Notes: a model not told the origin generated them from the letters alone. Shown: positions 37,960 through 51,350, counted from the first letter of the stretch. The stretch: DNA of 64,000 nt from Octopus bimaculoides (GCF_001194135.2 NC_068990.1:69971820-70035819); one strand, 5' to 3'. Numbers and translations: made by a program.

Positions 37960-38160
37960 GGTTAAGAAACTCACTTTGCAGTCATATGGTTTTGTGTTCA
38001 GTCCCAGTGCAAATCATCTTGGGCAATGCCAACCAATACCTTGTGAGTGTATTTGGTAGATGGAAATTGTGTGGAACTTTTCAAGGTGGTGCGTCAGCAT
38101 GGCTGCAGTCCAATCACTGAAGTCAAAAACAAGTAAAAGAATAATGAAATAAAAGAATAT
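37960..38160 (+). mobile_element. SINE family A, degraded and internally deleted
   Basis: tggctatgtggttaagaaac..gttcagtccc..aaggtggtgcgtcagcatggctgcagtc..aagtaaaagaat. Confidence 0.6.
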
Positions 38161-39596
38161 ATGATTGTATCAATGATACCTATAAATTGAAGAATTCTCT
38201 AAACTTACTGGTTTTGTTTTTAATAGAATTCCAACCCTTTGTAATTCCAACCTTTTTTTTTTTAACATCAAGTGAGAAATTGGTATCAACCCCATCTTTC
38301 TCCACAAAACCTTTTCAATTTGACATTCCACCTCAACAACAACCCAAAAGACATTCCTAAATGCTGACTAGTTTTCCTTAGTTTTCCCAGCTGGTTTTAG
38401 ATTTCTCTGAGAGTTTTGAATTGGAGAATTTGGTAGAGAACTTTTTTTTATATTCTTCACTTTGAAATGTTTTCTTTAGCTTCCATTTCTTTTGGAAGAA
38501 TCTCTCTTATTCTTCAGAGATCACATGTTCTGTAATTCTCTTAGTTTTCTCAACATTCCCTGTAGTAAGCCTTTCAATCTGGGTAATGTGACCTGTGACC
38601 TCTTCTCATCTTTTCAAATTGGCACCTTACTCCATTAGAAGACAATCTTAAAAAGCTACTATCACAACAATAACAGCAACAAGGAGACTTTTATGACTGT
38701 GGTTAGTAGTTAAGAAAGTCTATTTTTAATTACAAGTGTTTTGATAGTATTAGATGTCAATAAACATTAACGTTGAAACATATTTTCAGTATTAATTCTT
38801 GGTCAATTATTATAATTAATCTACAATTCCATACCATTGATGTTGGAATGGGGACTAAAATAAATATAGAATCTGTTCAGGAGAAGGTGATGGTAGGGAG
38901 GTGTTACATTTTAACCAAACTTGTACAGTTTTGTTTTATTTTATTCTTGTTGATTGTTCTTAATTTTGCTTTACATATCTTTACATATCAAAACAAAATG
39001 TCAATGAAAAAAATAATTTCTAAATAAAATTAATAATATATCTGTTTGTTCTTCATACATTCAAAGAGATTTGAACATAAGTATCTGATCACTGTTGTTT
39101 TTCATCATCAGAGAACATCTTTATTTAGATGATGGATATTCATAACACAAATGATTCATTGGCATAAGGGGACTTTGAGACACTGTGGTGTTTTGACCTT
39201 ATTTAGTGTCTCCTCAATCAAAGCCACTCCAACAGACTGCTGAATCTAACAAGAACACAAGATCTTGTTTATAGAATCAACAAACAAATTATTTGTTGAT
39301 GAGTGATATCTTCTTAACACATAAGCTTTGGGGTGCATGCAGATCAGTGAAAATCCAGAATATATTAAGAACGAATAAATATATTTTTTGCTTTTTTATT
39401 CTTGCAATTTTTTTTTTTTGAGGCCACTTGAATTATTTAAAATAAGTAGATTACAATAAAAAATAACTTTGGATTTTACTTTAAATGTGATAAAGATGTG
39501 GAAATGTGTAGCTAGAATGAAACTGTAAACAGTAAAAACAAATATGGCCTACTACCACAAGGCTGGTTATATGGTGTGGCCTGAGGAAAGAATATA

Positions 39597-39780
39597 CAGG
39601 GTGGGCCAAAAGTCACACACCTAAACATTTGACATTTTATTTATATTATTATTATTATTATTCATTGTGTTCTCATCATTATTCTATTTATTTTATTCAG
39701 TTTTAAAAAAATTGAAGCATGCCTTTGACAATTCCAGAGTGTATTGAACTTGTTTTGTGCATGACTTTTGACCTACACTG
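39597..39780. mobile_element. Tc1/mariner-type MITE (184 bp)
   Basis: TA+cagggtgggccaaaagtcac on the left; the right end atgacttttgacctacactg matches its reverse complement at 16/20. Confidence 0.65.
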
Positions 39781-40531
39781 CATTTTGGTGAGACAAAAGC
39801 CAATCAAAACCAAAAACAAAACAAACAAGTAATTTCATTGGTTAGTTTGGTAAAGTTAAAATTTAGGCTCTATACTAGAGAGATAATCATTGTTTTCTGA
39901 AGCTATTGTTGCTCACAGATGTAAGGGACTTGTCGTCCTCAGTTTGTCTCTGGTTTTCTGGTTAACATGCGATGATGGTGCTGTTACTTGCTTATATATC
40001 TCTCTGTCTAAGTATATATATATCTATATGCTTGTGTCTATATGTGTATGTGTGTATGAGTCACAAGCTGCATGTAGAATGTATACTGAGTGATATTAAT
40101 GCCTCTTCTGTGTGTGTGTCTGTTTGTGTGTGTGTGCTCACGTGCATGCATGTGTGAGTGTGTTTCTGTAACTGAGTATGAACTATGAATGAACAGGGGT
40201 AGTGGGATGAGGAGGAAAGTGAGAGAAGACAAAAGAAAAGGAGAGAAGAGTAGAGAGAGAAAAAGGGAATTAACTCTGTGAAGTCAGAGTTGTATAAAAG
40301 TCCATCCACAGAACCATGTTGTAAGAGCTGGATTATAATTCGTGTGTGGGTGAATCTGGGCTAACTGAGATAACAATTGAATACCTATGGTAACTTAGGA
40401 GTCAAACCATAACACCACCACCACCACCACCATCTGGATTGTGAAAGTTGAGGGTGGGGATAGTAGATATAAAAAAACAAACAAGATAAATTAATAAATG
40501 TGGTATAGAAATGTATGATAAAGGGCCAAAT

Positions 40532-40880
40532 GTGCATGTGGGGTTAAGATGTTCAATTCTGGAGCATGCCAATTTAAGCAATGCCTTGTGGAGAGTGGAA
40601 TTTGGTACTAGAAACAGTGCAGAAACACATCATGTGTGCATCTGTGTGTGTGTGTGTGTGTGTGACTTTGTGATTGTGTTAGCTCTCCATCATTGCTTGA
40701 CAACCAGTGTTGGTGTGTTTACGTCCCTGTAATTTGGCAGTTCAGCAAAAGAAACCAAAAGAATAAGTACTAAGATTAAGAAATAAGTTCTGAGGTTGGT
40801 TTGGTCAACTAAAACTCTTCAAAGTGGTGCTCTAGCATGGCCACAGTCAAATAATTGAATCAAATAAAAGAATAAGAGTA
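40532..40880 (+). mobile_element. SINE family A
   Basis: Degraded head, (TG)n, cattgcttgacaaccagtgttggtgtgttt core and the family A 3' end. Confidence 0.75.
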
Positions 40881-40885
40881 TATAT

Positions 40886-40974
40886 AAATAAGAATCAAAC
40901 CGACTCATTAGCCACAAGAGCACTATCTTGATAAAAGTGCTCTTGTGGCTAATGTGTTGGTTCGACTCTTATTT
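40886..40974. repeat. 89-bp inverted repeat (39-bp arms, 11-nt loop)
   Basis: 35/39 Watson-Crick pairs, including a perfect 19-bp core cattagccacaagagcact / agtgctcttgtggctaatg. Confidence 0.9.
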
Positions 40975-40986
40975 CTAGCAATGCCA

Positions 40987-41030
40987 CTGTCACTTTGTGC
41001 CCTCTGTCACTTTGTGCCCTCTGTCACTTT
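40987..41030. repeat. 17-bp tandem repeat, about 2.6 units
   Basis: Unit ctgtcactttgtgccct. Confidence 0.9.
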
Positions 41031-41098
41031 AGTGACGTCTATAAATCTGCCTTTAGGTTGTTAAATTGTTAATAAGCCACCAATATAAGATACATATA

Positions 41099-41132
<34 letters not shown>

Positions 41133-41347
41133 GGGATAAAAATCCAAATTTACAGGTAAAAACTCAATTGGTTCTTTTCTCTAAATTATATATNNNNNNN
41201 NNNNNNNNNNNNNNNNNNNNNNNNNNNNNNNNNNNNNNNNNNNNNNNNNNNNNNNNNNNNNNNNNNNNNNNNNNNNNNNNNNNNNNNNNNNNNNNNNNNN
41301 NNNNNNNNNNNNNNNNNNNNNNATATATATATATATATATATATATA

Positions 41348-41762
41348 GGTGCAGGTGTGGCTGTATGGCAAGAAGTTTGCTTCCCAACCACATGGTTCCA
41401 GGTTCAGTCTCACTGTGTGGCACCTCTGGCAAATGTCTTCTACTATAGCCTCAGGCCAACCAAAGTCTTGTCAGTGGATTTGGGCAGAAACTGAATGAAG
41501 CCCATCGTTTAATGTGTGTGTGTGTGTGTCTTTGTACCTTTGTGTCTGTTTTTGTCCTTCACATCTGATTTACAACTAGTGTTAGTTTATCTACATCCCT
41601 GTAACTTAGCGGTTCAGCAAAAGAGATCAATAGAATAAGCACCAGATAAGATAAAATTTAAAAAAAAGTACTGGGGGTCGATTCATTTAAGTAAATATTC
41701 TTCAAGGTAGTGCCCTAACATGGCTGCAGTCTAATGACTAATACAAGTAAAAGATATAGAAG
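41348..41762 (+). mobile_element. SINE family A
   Basis: Full head, core and 3' end collinear with 21974-22369. Confidence 0.85.
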
Positions 41763-42034
41763 ATATATATGTGTATGTATGTAATCAACTTGTTGAAGAT
41801 GCTATATCTACAAGATAACAAGATGCTGTATGGTCCTTGACAAGCAGTGAGAACCCAACTTAAATCTAAATCTCACTGATACATTGCTCCTGATGAAGTG
41901 GTTGTTATTGTTGCTATTATGATTATTATTATTATTGTTCTTGCTGTTGTTGTTGTTGTTGTTGTTATTTCCCCAGTGTGATTTGAGGTTGTTATGTTCT
42001 CATCAGAAGTCAGCCTATCACTGTGACTTGTGTG

Positions 42035-42120
42035 TGTATATGTGATGAAACAGAAATGTTCTTCATATATATATATATATATATATATATGAAGAACATT
42101 TCTGTTTCATCACATATACA
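42035..42120. repeat. Perfect 86-bp palindrome centred on (AT)n
   Basis: tgtatatgtgatgaaacagaaatgttcttca-(ta)n-tgaagaacatttctgtttcatcacatataca, no mismatches. Confidence 0.95.
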
Positions 42121-42150
42121 TGCATATATATATATATATGTATGTATATA

Positions 42151-42201
<51 letters not shown>

Positions 42202-42680
42202 NNNNNNNNNNNNNNNNNNNNNNNNNNNNNNNNNNNNNNNNNNNNNNNNNNNNNNNNNNNNNNNNNNNNNNNNNNNNNNNNNNNNNNNNNNNNNNNNNNN
42301 NNNNNNNNNNNNNNNNNNNNNNNNNNNNNNNNNNNNNNNNNNNNNNNNNNNNNNNNNNNNNNNNNNNNNNNNNNNNNNNNNNNNNNNNNNNNNNNNNNNN
42401 NNNNNNNNNNNNNNNNNNNNNNNNNNNNNNNNNNNNNNNNNNNNNNNNNNNNNNNNNNNNNNNNNNNNNNNNNNNNNNNNNNNNNNNNNNNNNNNNNNNN
42501 NNNNNNNNNNNNNNNNNNNNNNNNNNNNNNNNNNNNNNNNNNNNNNNNNNNNNNNNNNNNNNNNNNNNNNNNNNNNNNNNNNNNNNNNNNNNNNNNNNNN
42601 TATATATATATGAATATTTCAAACCAATAATAATAATGAGGATGATGATGATGATGATATCTTACATCATAGTAGTAGTT

Positions 42681-42719
<39 letters not shown>

Positions 42720-42727
42720 ATAATAAT

Positions 42728-42895
42728 AATTTCAAATTTTTCCACAAGAGCAACTGGAATTTATTTTATCGACCTCGAAAGGATGAAAGGCAAAGTTGAC
42801 CTCAGTGGAATTTGAACTCAGAACGTAATGACTGGCACTACACCACTAAACATTTCATCCAGCATTCTACCAATTCTGTCAACCCACTGCCTTAA
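42728..42895 (-). mobile_element. SINE family C
   Basis: ttttatcgacctcgaaaggatgaaaggcaaagttgacctcagtggaatttgaactcagaacg. Confidence 0.75.
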
Positions 42896-43230
42896 TAATA
42901 ATAATAATTATTATTATTATTATTTACTAATGTTAATGTGGACATGAAATATGAAACAAAGGGTAACTAAATGGAGTCAGAATTTGTAATTATACATTCA
43001 ATTACTCTACAAGTGTGCTATCTTATATATATATATAAAATATATATATGTGTGTGTGTGTGTATACACATATATAACTGAGAATGTCCGTGTGTGTGTG
43101 CATCACTAAAACATGTATGTATGCATGTATGTATGTATGCATGCATGCACGTAAGTGTGTATATATATAGATGTATATGCATAGATGTATATATATATAT
43201 AGATTTATATGTATGATACATGTATATATA

Positions 43231-43263
<33 letters not shown>

Positions 43264-43684
43264 GTATACGTATATGTGCATGTATATATATGTATAATAC
43301 ACGTATATACATGTGTGTGTGTATATATATAAGTATGTATTATTCAATATATAGTCTATTGACTAGTTTTCTACATGCTAGGCCACTGGTAGTATTTTTT
43401 TTTTATTTCTAAAATTTCTAAATTTTTTCCTACACTGATATTTATAAATTATATATGTATGTATATATGTGTGTGTGTTTGTATATATATATGTATATGC
43501 ATGTTTATATGTATATATATACATGTACATATATATGAATGTATATATATGTATAAATATATGCATGTATGTATGTGTTCATATGTGTGTACTTATATAT
43601 ATATGAATGTGTGTATGTGTATATATATATATATATAGGTATATGTATATATATATAGGTATATGTATATATATATATATATAT

Positions 43685-43721
<37 letters not shown>

Positions 43722-43756
43722 TATATATAAATATATGTAAGTATATATATATATAT

Positions 43757-43880
43757 ATCATCATCATCATCATCATCATCGTTTAACGTCCGCTTTCCAT
43801 GCTAGCATGGGTTGGACGATTTGACTGAGGACTGGTGAAATCGGATGGCAACACCAGGCTCCAGTCTGATTTGGCAGAGT
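43757..43880 (-). mobile_element. Young RTE-tail element cut by an assembly gap
   Basis: (CAT)n cgtttaacgtccgctttccatgctagcatgggttggacg.. with CpGs intact, running into the N-run at 43881. Confidence 0.85.
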
Positions 43881-44636
43881 NNNNNNNNNNNNNNNNNNNN
43901 NNNNNNNNNNNNNNNNNNNNNNNNNNNNNNNNNNNNNNNNNNNNNNNNNNNNNNNNNNNNNNNNNNNNNNNNNNNNNNNNNNNNNNNNNNNNNNNNNNNN
44001 NNNNNNNNNNNNNNNNNNNNNNNNNNNNNNNNNNNNNNNNNNNNNNNNNNNNNNNNNNNNNNNNNNNNNNNNNNNNNNNNNNNNNNNNNNNNNNNNNNNN
44101 NNNNNNNNNNNNNNNNNNNNNNNNNNNNNNNNNNNNNNNNNNNNNNNNNNNNNNNNNNNNNNNNNNNNNNNNNNNNNNNNNNNNNNNNNNNNNNNNNNNN
44201 NNNNNNNNNNNNNNNNNNNNNNNNNNNNNNNNNNNNNNNNNNNNNNNNNNNNNNNNNNNNNNNNNNNNNNNNNNNNNNNNNNNNNNNNNNNNNNNNNNNN
44301 NNNNNNNNNNNNNNNNNNNNNNNNNNNNNNNNNNNNNNNNNNNNNNNNNNNNNNNNNNNNNNNNNNNNNNNNNNNNNNNNNNNNNNNNNNNNNNNNNNNN
44401 NNNNNNNNNNNNNNNNNNNNNNNNNNNNNNNNNNNNNNNNNNNNNNNNNNNNNNNNNNNNNNNNNNNNNNNNNNNNNNNNNNNNNNNNNNNNNNNNNNNN
44501 NNNNNNNNNNNNNNNNNNNNNNNNNNNNNNNNNNNNNNNNNNNNNNNNNNNNNNNNNNNNNNNNNNNNNNNNNNNNNNNNNNNNNNNNNNNNNNNNNNNN
44601 NNNNNNNNNNNNNNNNNNNNNNNNNNNNNNNNNNNN

Positions 44637-44674
<38 letters not shown>

Positions 44675-45289
44675 TATCAGGAAATCAATATTAGAAAATT
44701 TTTGAGAAAGATATATACATGTGTAAAATAATAGTTGTATTAAAATTATAAATATATATAAATGTATGTAAATATGTATAAGTATGAATATATAATAATA
44801 AATATGATAATTTAAAAGTTTTGAATTAAGTTTTTAAAGCATCTGATGATCCTTTTGCAGAAGTTGTGTCCCTATAATGGAATCCTATATTGATAAGCAT
44901 TTATAGACAACTCTTCTGCTCTTCAGAGATATAAAATATGAAATTTTTATAATTTATCAAATGGTAGTTTTTTTAAAAATATGAAGCAATATGGGAAAAT
45001 GGTGTTTGTTTGAAATATAAATTAAGAAGTAAAAATTACTGCTTTTGACTTTGCTAAATACACTTTAGTATGAGAGTCTTTAAATCCATATCATATATGC
45101 TTCCTTGGTAAGTCTTCTGTAATAATCCATAATAGTTATGTGTGAAATCCATTATATTGTCCTGTATTCCAAATATAGTTCATAGACTTAGATAATATAG
45201 AATAATGGAATCCNNNNNNNNNNATATATATATAGATGTATATGTCTATATATGTGTGTGTATATATGTATATGTATCTATATGCTCAT

Positions 45290-46080
45290 ATGCAGTAAAT
45301 TGAAATTCCACATCATGCGTAGAATTAACTCTGGAAGAATAAAAGTCCCTAATCGTATTGATGTGTCAAAATTAAAGGACTCTAAGGTGCAAGTGAATCT
45401 TAGAAATGCTATTGGAGAAGTGGAATTTGATGGAACTCGGGCTCAGTTTAAGATCACTATTTACAATGTTGGAGTTGAGGTCTTGGTCTCAGAAACAGAA
45501 AACATCAGGACTGATTTGATGAAAACTATCTACAGGTCAATAAACTTCTTCAAGATAAAAATAAAATGCACCAAAAATACCTCGGTGCTCCAGATGAGGA
45601 TAGAAAGCCCTTACTGCAGTCTCTCAAACGGATAAAAATCATCACTCCAAAGTAAGATACGCCAAATGAAAAACAAATGGTGGTCAGACATTTCTGAAAA
45701 AATCTAAAAAGCTTATAACAGTAAAGACCTGAAAACAGTATATGACTTGATCAGTGTTTGGTCTTCGGTCTTCATTTGTCGTACCACTCAAGTCTAAAGA
45801 CAGCTGCTTTCTCTTCAAGGATCATGAGGATATCATGAAACATTGGACTGAGCATTTCACTGATCTCTTTTATAATCCTCCAGTCATTAATGAAAATGTC
45901 ATCAGTAATCTGCCCACGAGATGATGGAACATCCAACTATAAATGAGATCAAAAAGACAAAGAATTAAATACTGGGAAGGCACCAGGTCTTGATGGTATT
46001 CCTGTTGAAATTCTCCTCTACGGGGGTAATAGACTTGCTGTAGAGATCCACCATCTAATATCAGACATCTGGTTAGGTCT
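45290..46080 (+). pseudogene. RTE (BovB-like) LINE fragment, endonuclease-RT linker, decayed
   Basis: Plus-strand peptide remnants KHQD*FDEN, KWWSDISEK, WTEHFTDLF, PTINEIKK and NTGKAPGLDGIPVEIL. Confidence 0.8.
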
Positions 46081-46190
46081 GCAGTAGAGTTTGTTTGTCA
46101 AGATCAGGACTTGCTAATCATATAAGATCTAATGACAGTATTTATTAATTAAAGAGATGGCCTTCTTCTGTAAAGAAGTGGCAATCATCA

Positions 46191-46242
<52 letters not shown>

Positions 46243-46249
<7 letters not shown>

Positions 46250-47340
46250 AAACTACCTATCGCCATTAGATACAAAACTACTATCGCCATTACATACAAT
46301 CTTCTCATTTAAATATAAATAAATGCGAGCGTAGTAGAGAACCCATTCCTTGTCATCACGTGACTGATTATTATNNNNNNNNNNNNNNNNNNNNNNNNNN
46401 NNNNNNNNNNNNNNNNNNNNNNNNNNNNNNNNNNNNNNNNNNNNNNNNNNNNNNNNNNNNNNNNNNNNNNNNNNNNNNNNNNNNNNNNNNNNNNNNNNNN
46501 NNNNNNNNNNNNNNNNNNNNNNNNNNNNNNNNNNNNNNNNNNNNNNNNNNNNNNNNNNNNNNNNNNNNNNNNNNNNNNNNNNNNNNNNNNNNNNNNNNNN
46601 NNNNNNNNNNNNNNNNNNNNNNNNNNNNNNNNNNNNNNNNNNNNNNNNNNNNNNNNNNNNNNNNNNNNNNNNNNNNNNNNNNNNNNNNNNNNNNNNNNNN
46701 NNNNNNNNNNNNNNNNNNNNNNNNNNNNNNNNNNNNNNNNNNNNNNNNNNNNNNNNNNNNNNNNNNNNNNNNNNNNNNNNNNNNNNNNNNNNNNNNNNNN
46801 NNNNNNNNNNNNNNNNNNNNNNNNNNNNNNNNNCAACACGACTTACTATGTACACCAAACCAAACCTCCGCGGCACATCTCTCTCTTCGATTCTGTTAGG
46901 TGACTCAACTTCACCACGGTAAATAAACAGACAAGAGTTCTTAAACAGACAAGAAATTCTCAGCCAGCGACGAACATCTGTATAACAAGAATCACGGCCC
47001 AGCATCATGCCACAACATCACAACTAGTGATCAGCACTGCCACACTCAGCCTCTCCTCACTTTCACATACAGAACTTTTCCTATAGTGTACTAACGAACT
47101 GGTATAATTGCTCACGTGTCATTTACTGACTCTTTCTATCTGCTGTAATAACTCACACATGTATCACTCACATACACACTTTTCTTTGTATGACGGCTTG
47201 TCTTTGATTATGTTATTATAATTAATCAAATATATTCAATGAGAATAAAGTATACTGGATTTCATATAAGTGCTCTTAGTATGAGAAATGTCTAAAACCT
47301 TAAAGGTATTTAGAGATTCAATTAAAGCGATTATATATTT
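46243..47340. mobile_element. Young CpG-rich element, possibly a solo LTR (contains a gap)
   Basis: Starts TGTAGTG straight after (TA)n, has a short internal tandem duplication (actacctatcgccatta) and AATAAA at about 47245. The right end and TSD are unresolved. Confidence 0.3.
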
Positions 47341-47674
47341 AGAAATTAAAAGCAGGAAAAATTACAAGATCATCTGCCTCAACAAATCCCTTTGAACCCA
47401 CGAGAGAGAGAGAGAGCATGGTGACTTTAAGGCAAAGTGATGAGAGTGGGTAAAATGTGATAGGCTGGTGGCTAAGAGAGTAGCAGGGAAGATTGTGTAC
47501 GTCAGTTTGCATATGTGTGTGTGCATGCATGCACACAAAGAGAAGGGAGCTTGGATACCCACCAGACTTCATTGAGGTGTTCCATTTACAGAAATATAAA
47601 TATTTTGTGTGATTTATGATAGAATACAAACTCCTGCTTCACAAATTGAGAAACTGACATATTTCCTCTATTAT

Positions 47675-47798
<124 letters not shown>

Positions 47799-48542
47799 TA
47801 AAAGAAAAAGGGAGAACTTTAGTAACCTTATAAGATCTTTTGCCCTCTCTAACTTTTGAGGTTAACAAAAAGGATTGAAAGTTCTAGGATAAACAGATCT
47901 GAGATCTCACATAACAATAAGAACTTGACAATTTCCATTGTTTTCAAAGTTGTAGTCTTTAAAAATGTCAAGAGGTAATAAAAGAAACAATTCATGATGA
48001 TGTTGGTTCTGCTTTTATTTTAATAACAAATTCCACCACCACCACCACACCGTCGTGACAACAGCCTAGTGTCAAAGAAAGGTTTGTATTTAGTAACCTG
48101 TTTGGATTGATGAATCAATGAGAGCCCTTGTTCTTGTTGCAGTCTAACTGGTGTGTTGTTGGTAGTTTGCATGTGTGTGCATGAACAGGGAAAAACCATA
48201 TCTGTTGTTTTGGGGGCGAGGAAGGGGAAAATATCTGTTGGCTTCACATTTAATTTCTACTTGTTTCTGTCATTGGACTGTGGCCATGCTGAGTAGGAAC
48301 AAACACAGACACAAAGAAACACACACAGTAATCCACCCCACCCCCCGCCATATCGCAGTTCACCTATCACGGTTTATTATTCCTCCATGGTGTTGTTTTG
48401 CATTTGTAATAAAATAAATAGAAACAAATTATAAAAATAAAATTATAAGAATATACTTTACAATACTGTTTCTACTTTGCGCTGTGGGGTTTTGGCACAT
48501 AACACCCACAATAGTCGAGGGATTACTGTACATACATAGATT

Positions 48543-48602
<60 letters not shown>

Positions 48603-48689
48603 TATACATATACACACACACAAGAAGGGATGCTGAAAAGTTTTTCGCTTTAAGGGTGCCATGAAAGGCCTAGCTAGACAAAATTTTCA

Positions 48690-49125
48690 ACTGCAAACAT
48701 GGGGTCAGTATAATCACTGTACACCCTCTCCTCAAATTTGCCAAAAATTACATCGAATTACTGTTATTTTTATTATTCTTTCAGAGTCAATAACTTAAGT
48801 ACCAGCAAAATACTGGGGTCATTGTAATCGAGTAGTCCCCTCCCCACAAAATTTCAGGCCTTGTGCCTTAAGTAGAAAAGATTATTATTATTATTTAAGG
48901 TGACAAGCTGGCAGAAATGTTAGCATGCTGGGCAAAATGCTGCTAAGCTTTTTGTCCATTTTTACATTCTGAGCCCAAATTCCACTGAAGTTGACTTTAC
49001 CTTTCATCCTTTTGGGGTCAGTAAAATATGTACCAGTCAAGCATTGGAGTCAATGTAATTGACTAGTCTCCTCCACCAAAATTTCAGATTCTGTGTTCTG
49101 TGCTTATAATAAAAAGAATTATTAT
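48690..49125 (+). mobile_element. SINE family C cluster (3' modules followed by a full copy)
   Basis: Repeated tggggtc..gtaat..ctcc..caaaatttc modules, then aaggtgacaagctggcagaaatgttagc.. full copy from about 48897. Confidence 0.75.
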
Positions 49126-49827
49126 TGTAGTAGTAGTAGTAGTAGTAGTAGCAGTAGTAGTAGTAGTAGTAGTAGTAAGTAGTAGTAGTAGTAGTTTTGC
49201 CTTGTTAAATAGACTGGCTAGCATTTACTACTTCTTTTAACACTTGACAAATATTTGTGTCTAATCATCAACTCTTCACCTATACCCTACCTTCATTAAT
49301 ATCTTCATCATCATCATTTAACGTCTGTTGTCCATGCTGGCATAGGTTGAACCAGAAACCAGTCTGATTTGGTATATATTTAATGTTATATATGTGTATG
49401 TATCTATATATGTCGGTTTTTGTGCATGTATCTAGGTATGTGAATGTAAGTGTAAGCATATGCATGTATATAAGATTCACTCATGTACACATATATGTTC
49501 ATATATGNNNNNNNNNNNNNNNNNNNNNNNNNNNNNNNNNNNNNNNNNNNNNNNNNNNNNNNNNNNNNNNNNNNNNNNNNNNNNNNNNNNNNNNNNNNNN
49601 NNNNNNNNNNNNNNNNNNNNNNNNNNNNNNNNNNNNNNNNNNNNNNNNNNNNNNNNNNNNNNNNNNNNNNNNNNNNNNNNNNNNNNNNNNNNNNNNNNNN
49701 NNNNNNNNNNNNNNNNNNNNNNNNNNNNNNNNNNNNNNNNNNNNNNNNNNNNNNNNNNNNNNNNNNNNNNNNNNNNNNNNNNNNNNNNNNNNNNNNNNNN
49801 NNNNNNNNNNNNNNNNNNNNNNNNNNN

Positions 49828-50790
49828 GACCTCGTCTACAGAATTCATATTTTTTCTGTCCAAATGATTTTGAAGATTGTGGAATAAATGATAATCAGAT
49901 GGGGCAATGTCTGGCGAATATGGTGGGTGGGGTATCATTTCCCATTCAAAATGCTCCAGCCTTTGGAATGTCATCTTTGCTGTATGTGGCTGAGCATTAT
50001 CCTGATGGAAGAACACCTTTCATCTTGAAACCAAAGATGGTCGTTTTTCTTCTAGCACTGACTTAAGCCACTCAAGCTACTCGCAGTAGATCTCCTTTGT
50101 TATCATTTGGTTTGGGTTTAAAAGTTCAAAGTGGACTAAACTTTTCCTATTCCACCAAACAGATAAGACCACCTTATGTGGGTGAAGACCTTGTTTAACC
50201 TGGGGTGCTGATGTTTCTCCTTGCCCTACCCACTGACTTCAGTGCTTGACATTTTTATAGAGAATCCATTTCTCATCACCAGTCACTATTCAATCCAAGA
50301 AAGTTTCATTCATGAGACGTGACAGCAAAGAAGAGCACACAATCACTCGGAAAGTTTGTGAGGAACTCATTGACCCAATTTGCTGACATTTTTGATGGCA
50401 CACAGGTGTCGATGAATGGTTGAATGACCAAATCCAAGATTCTCTGCTAGTTCCTCAACAGTTACAATGGGATTTTGTTTCACCAGAGTTTGCAAGACAT
50501 CCTCGTTGAGCTCTACAGATCTTCCAGTACGAGGCTCATTTTCTAGGCTGTAGTTTCTGGCTCAGAATTTCTGGAACCATCATTGACACTGGCTTACACT
50601 TATTGTCTGATCCCCATATACTGCATTAATATTCCTCACACTTTCTGTTGCATTGTTGCCTTTATTGAACTCATGAAGCAAAATATGCTCTTTTGTTACT
50701 TCCATTATACCTTTGAAAAAATAACTGTTACAATCAAACTACAAACTTCAAAATTTGCATTAAGAATAAAGACAAGGTAAAATTACTACT
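49828..50790 (-). mobile_element. mariner (DD34D) transposon relic; 3' end lost in a gap
   Basis: Minus-strand peptides WFQKF..SLENEPRTGR, *VPHKL, VTGDEKWI and HQD-x34-D (HQDNAQPH..HPPYSPDIAPSDYHLF). Stops present. Confidence 0.9.
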
Positions 50791-51159
50791 TGCTTTTATA
50801 AGAAGTTGATGCAGGTAGTTTATTCAACCCCCTCTGATGCTTAGTTCATGTAACTGAAAAAAATCCGTATTATTTATGGGATGACCTAATATATATTGAG
50901 GTTTGTTTCACAGGTGGTTGCAATTGGGATTGTCCTATTCAAAGTGAAATTGAGGAGTTATTTGACTGAGTATAATACTAAAATATATTTTATTATACTA
51001 TTAATATTTCATGATACTATTGTGTGTGTGTGCGTGAGTGTGTGCATGTGTGCATCCATGCGTAAATTCCTTCTGCATTGGATGGAGGAGAATGTTTGGG
51101 GAATGACTGTAAAACAACCTGATATTTGATATTCTGATGAAGTGATGAGAGGAAAAGTG

Positions 51160-51350
51160 GACACCATCATCATTTAATGTCCGTTTTCCATGTGATATGT
51201 GTTGGATGATTTTTACTGGAGCCAGTAAGGCCAGGAGCCACACTAGACTCCATTCATCTGTTCTGGCATGGCATTTTCAGCTAGATGCCTTCCTAGCGCT
51301 AACCACTCCACAAAATCTACTGGGTACTTTTTATGTAGCACCAGCACAGT
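51160..51350 (-). mobile_element. RTE-tail element
   Basis: catcatcatttaatgtccgttttccatg..gctagatgccttcctagcgctaaccactcc. Confidence 0.75.

Noticed and set aside
39919-39985. Hydrophobic ORF segment (KGLVVLSLSLVFWLTC)
   Set aside because: No start codon or good donor; it runs into a microsatellite.
45069-45107. 39-nt plus-strand exon candidate (TTTAG|..TTG|GTAAGT)
   Set aside because: Open only in phase 2, which does not fit the phase-1 candidates upstream; GTAAGT is expected many times by chance in this composition.
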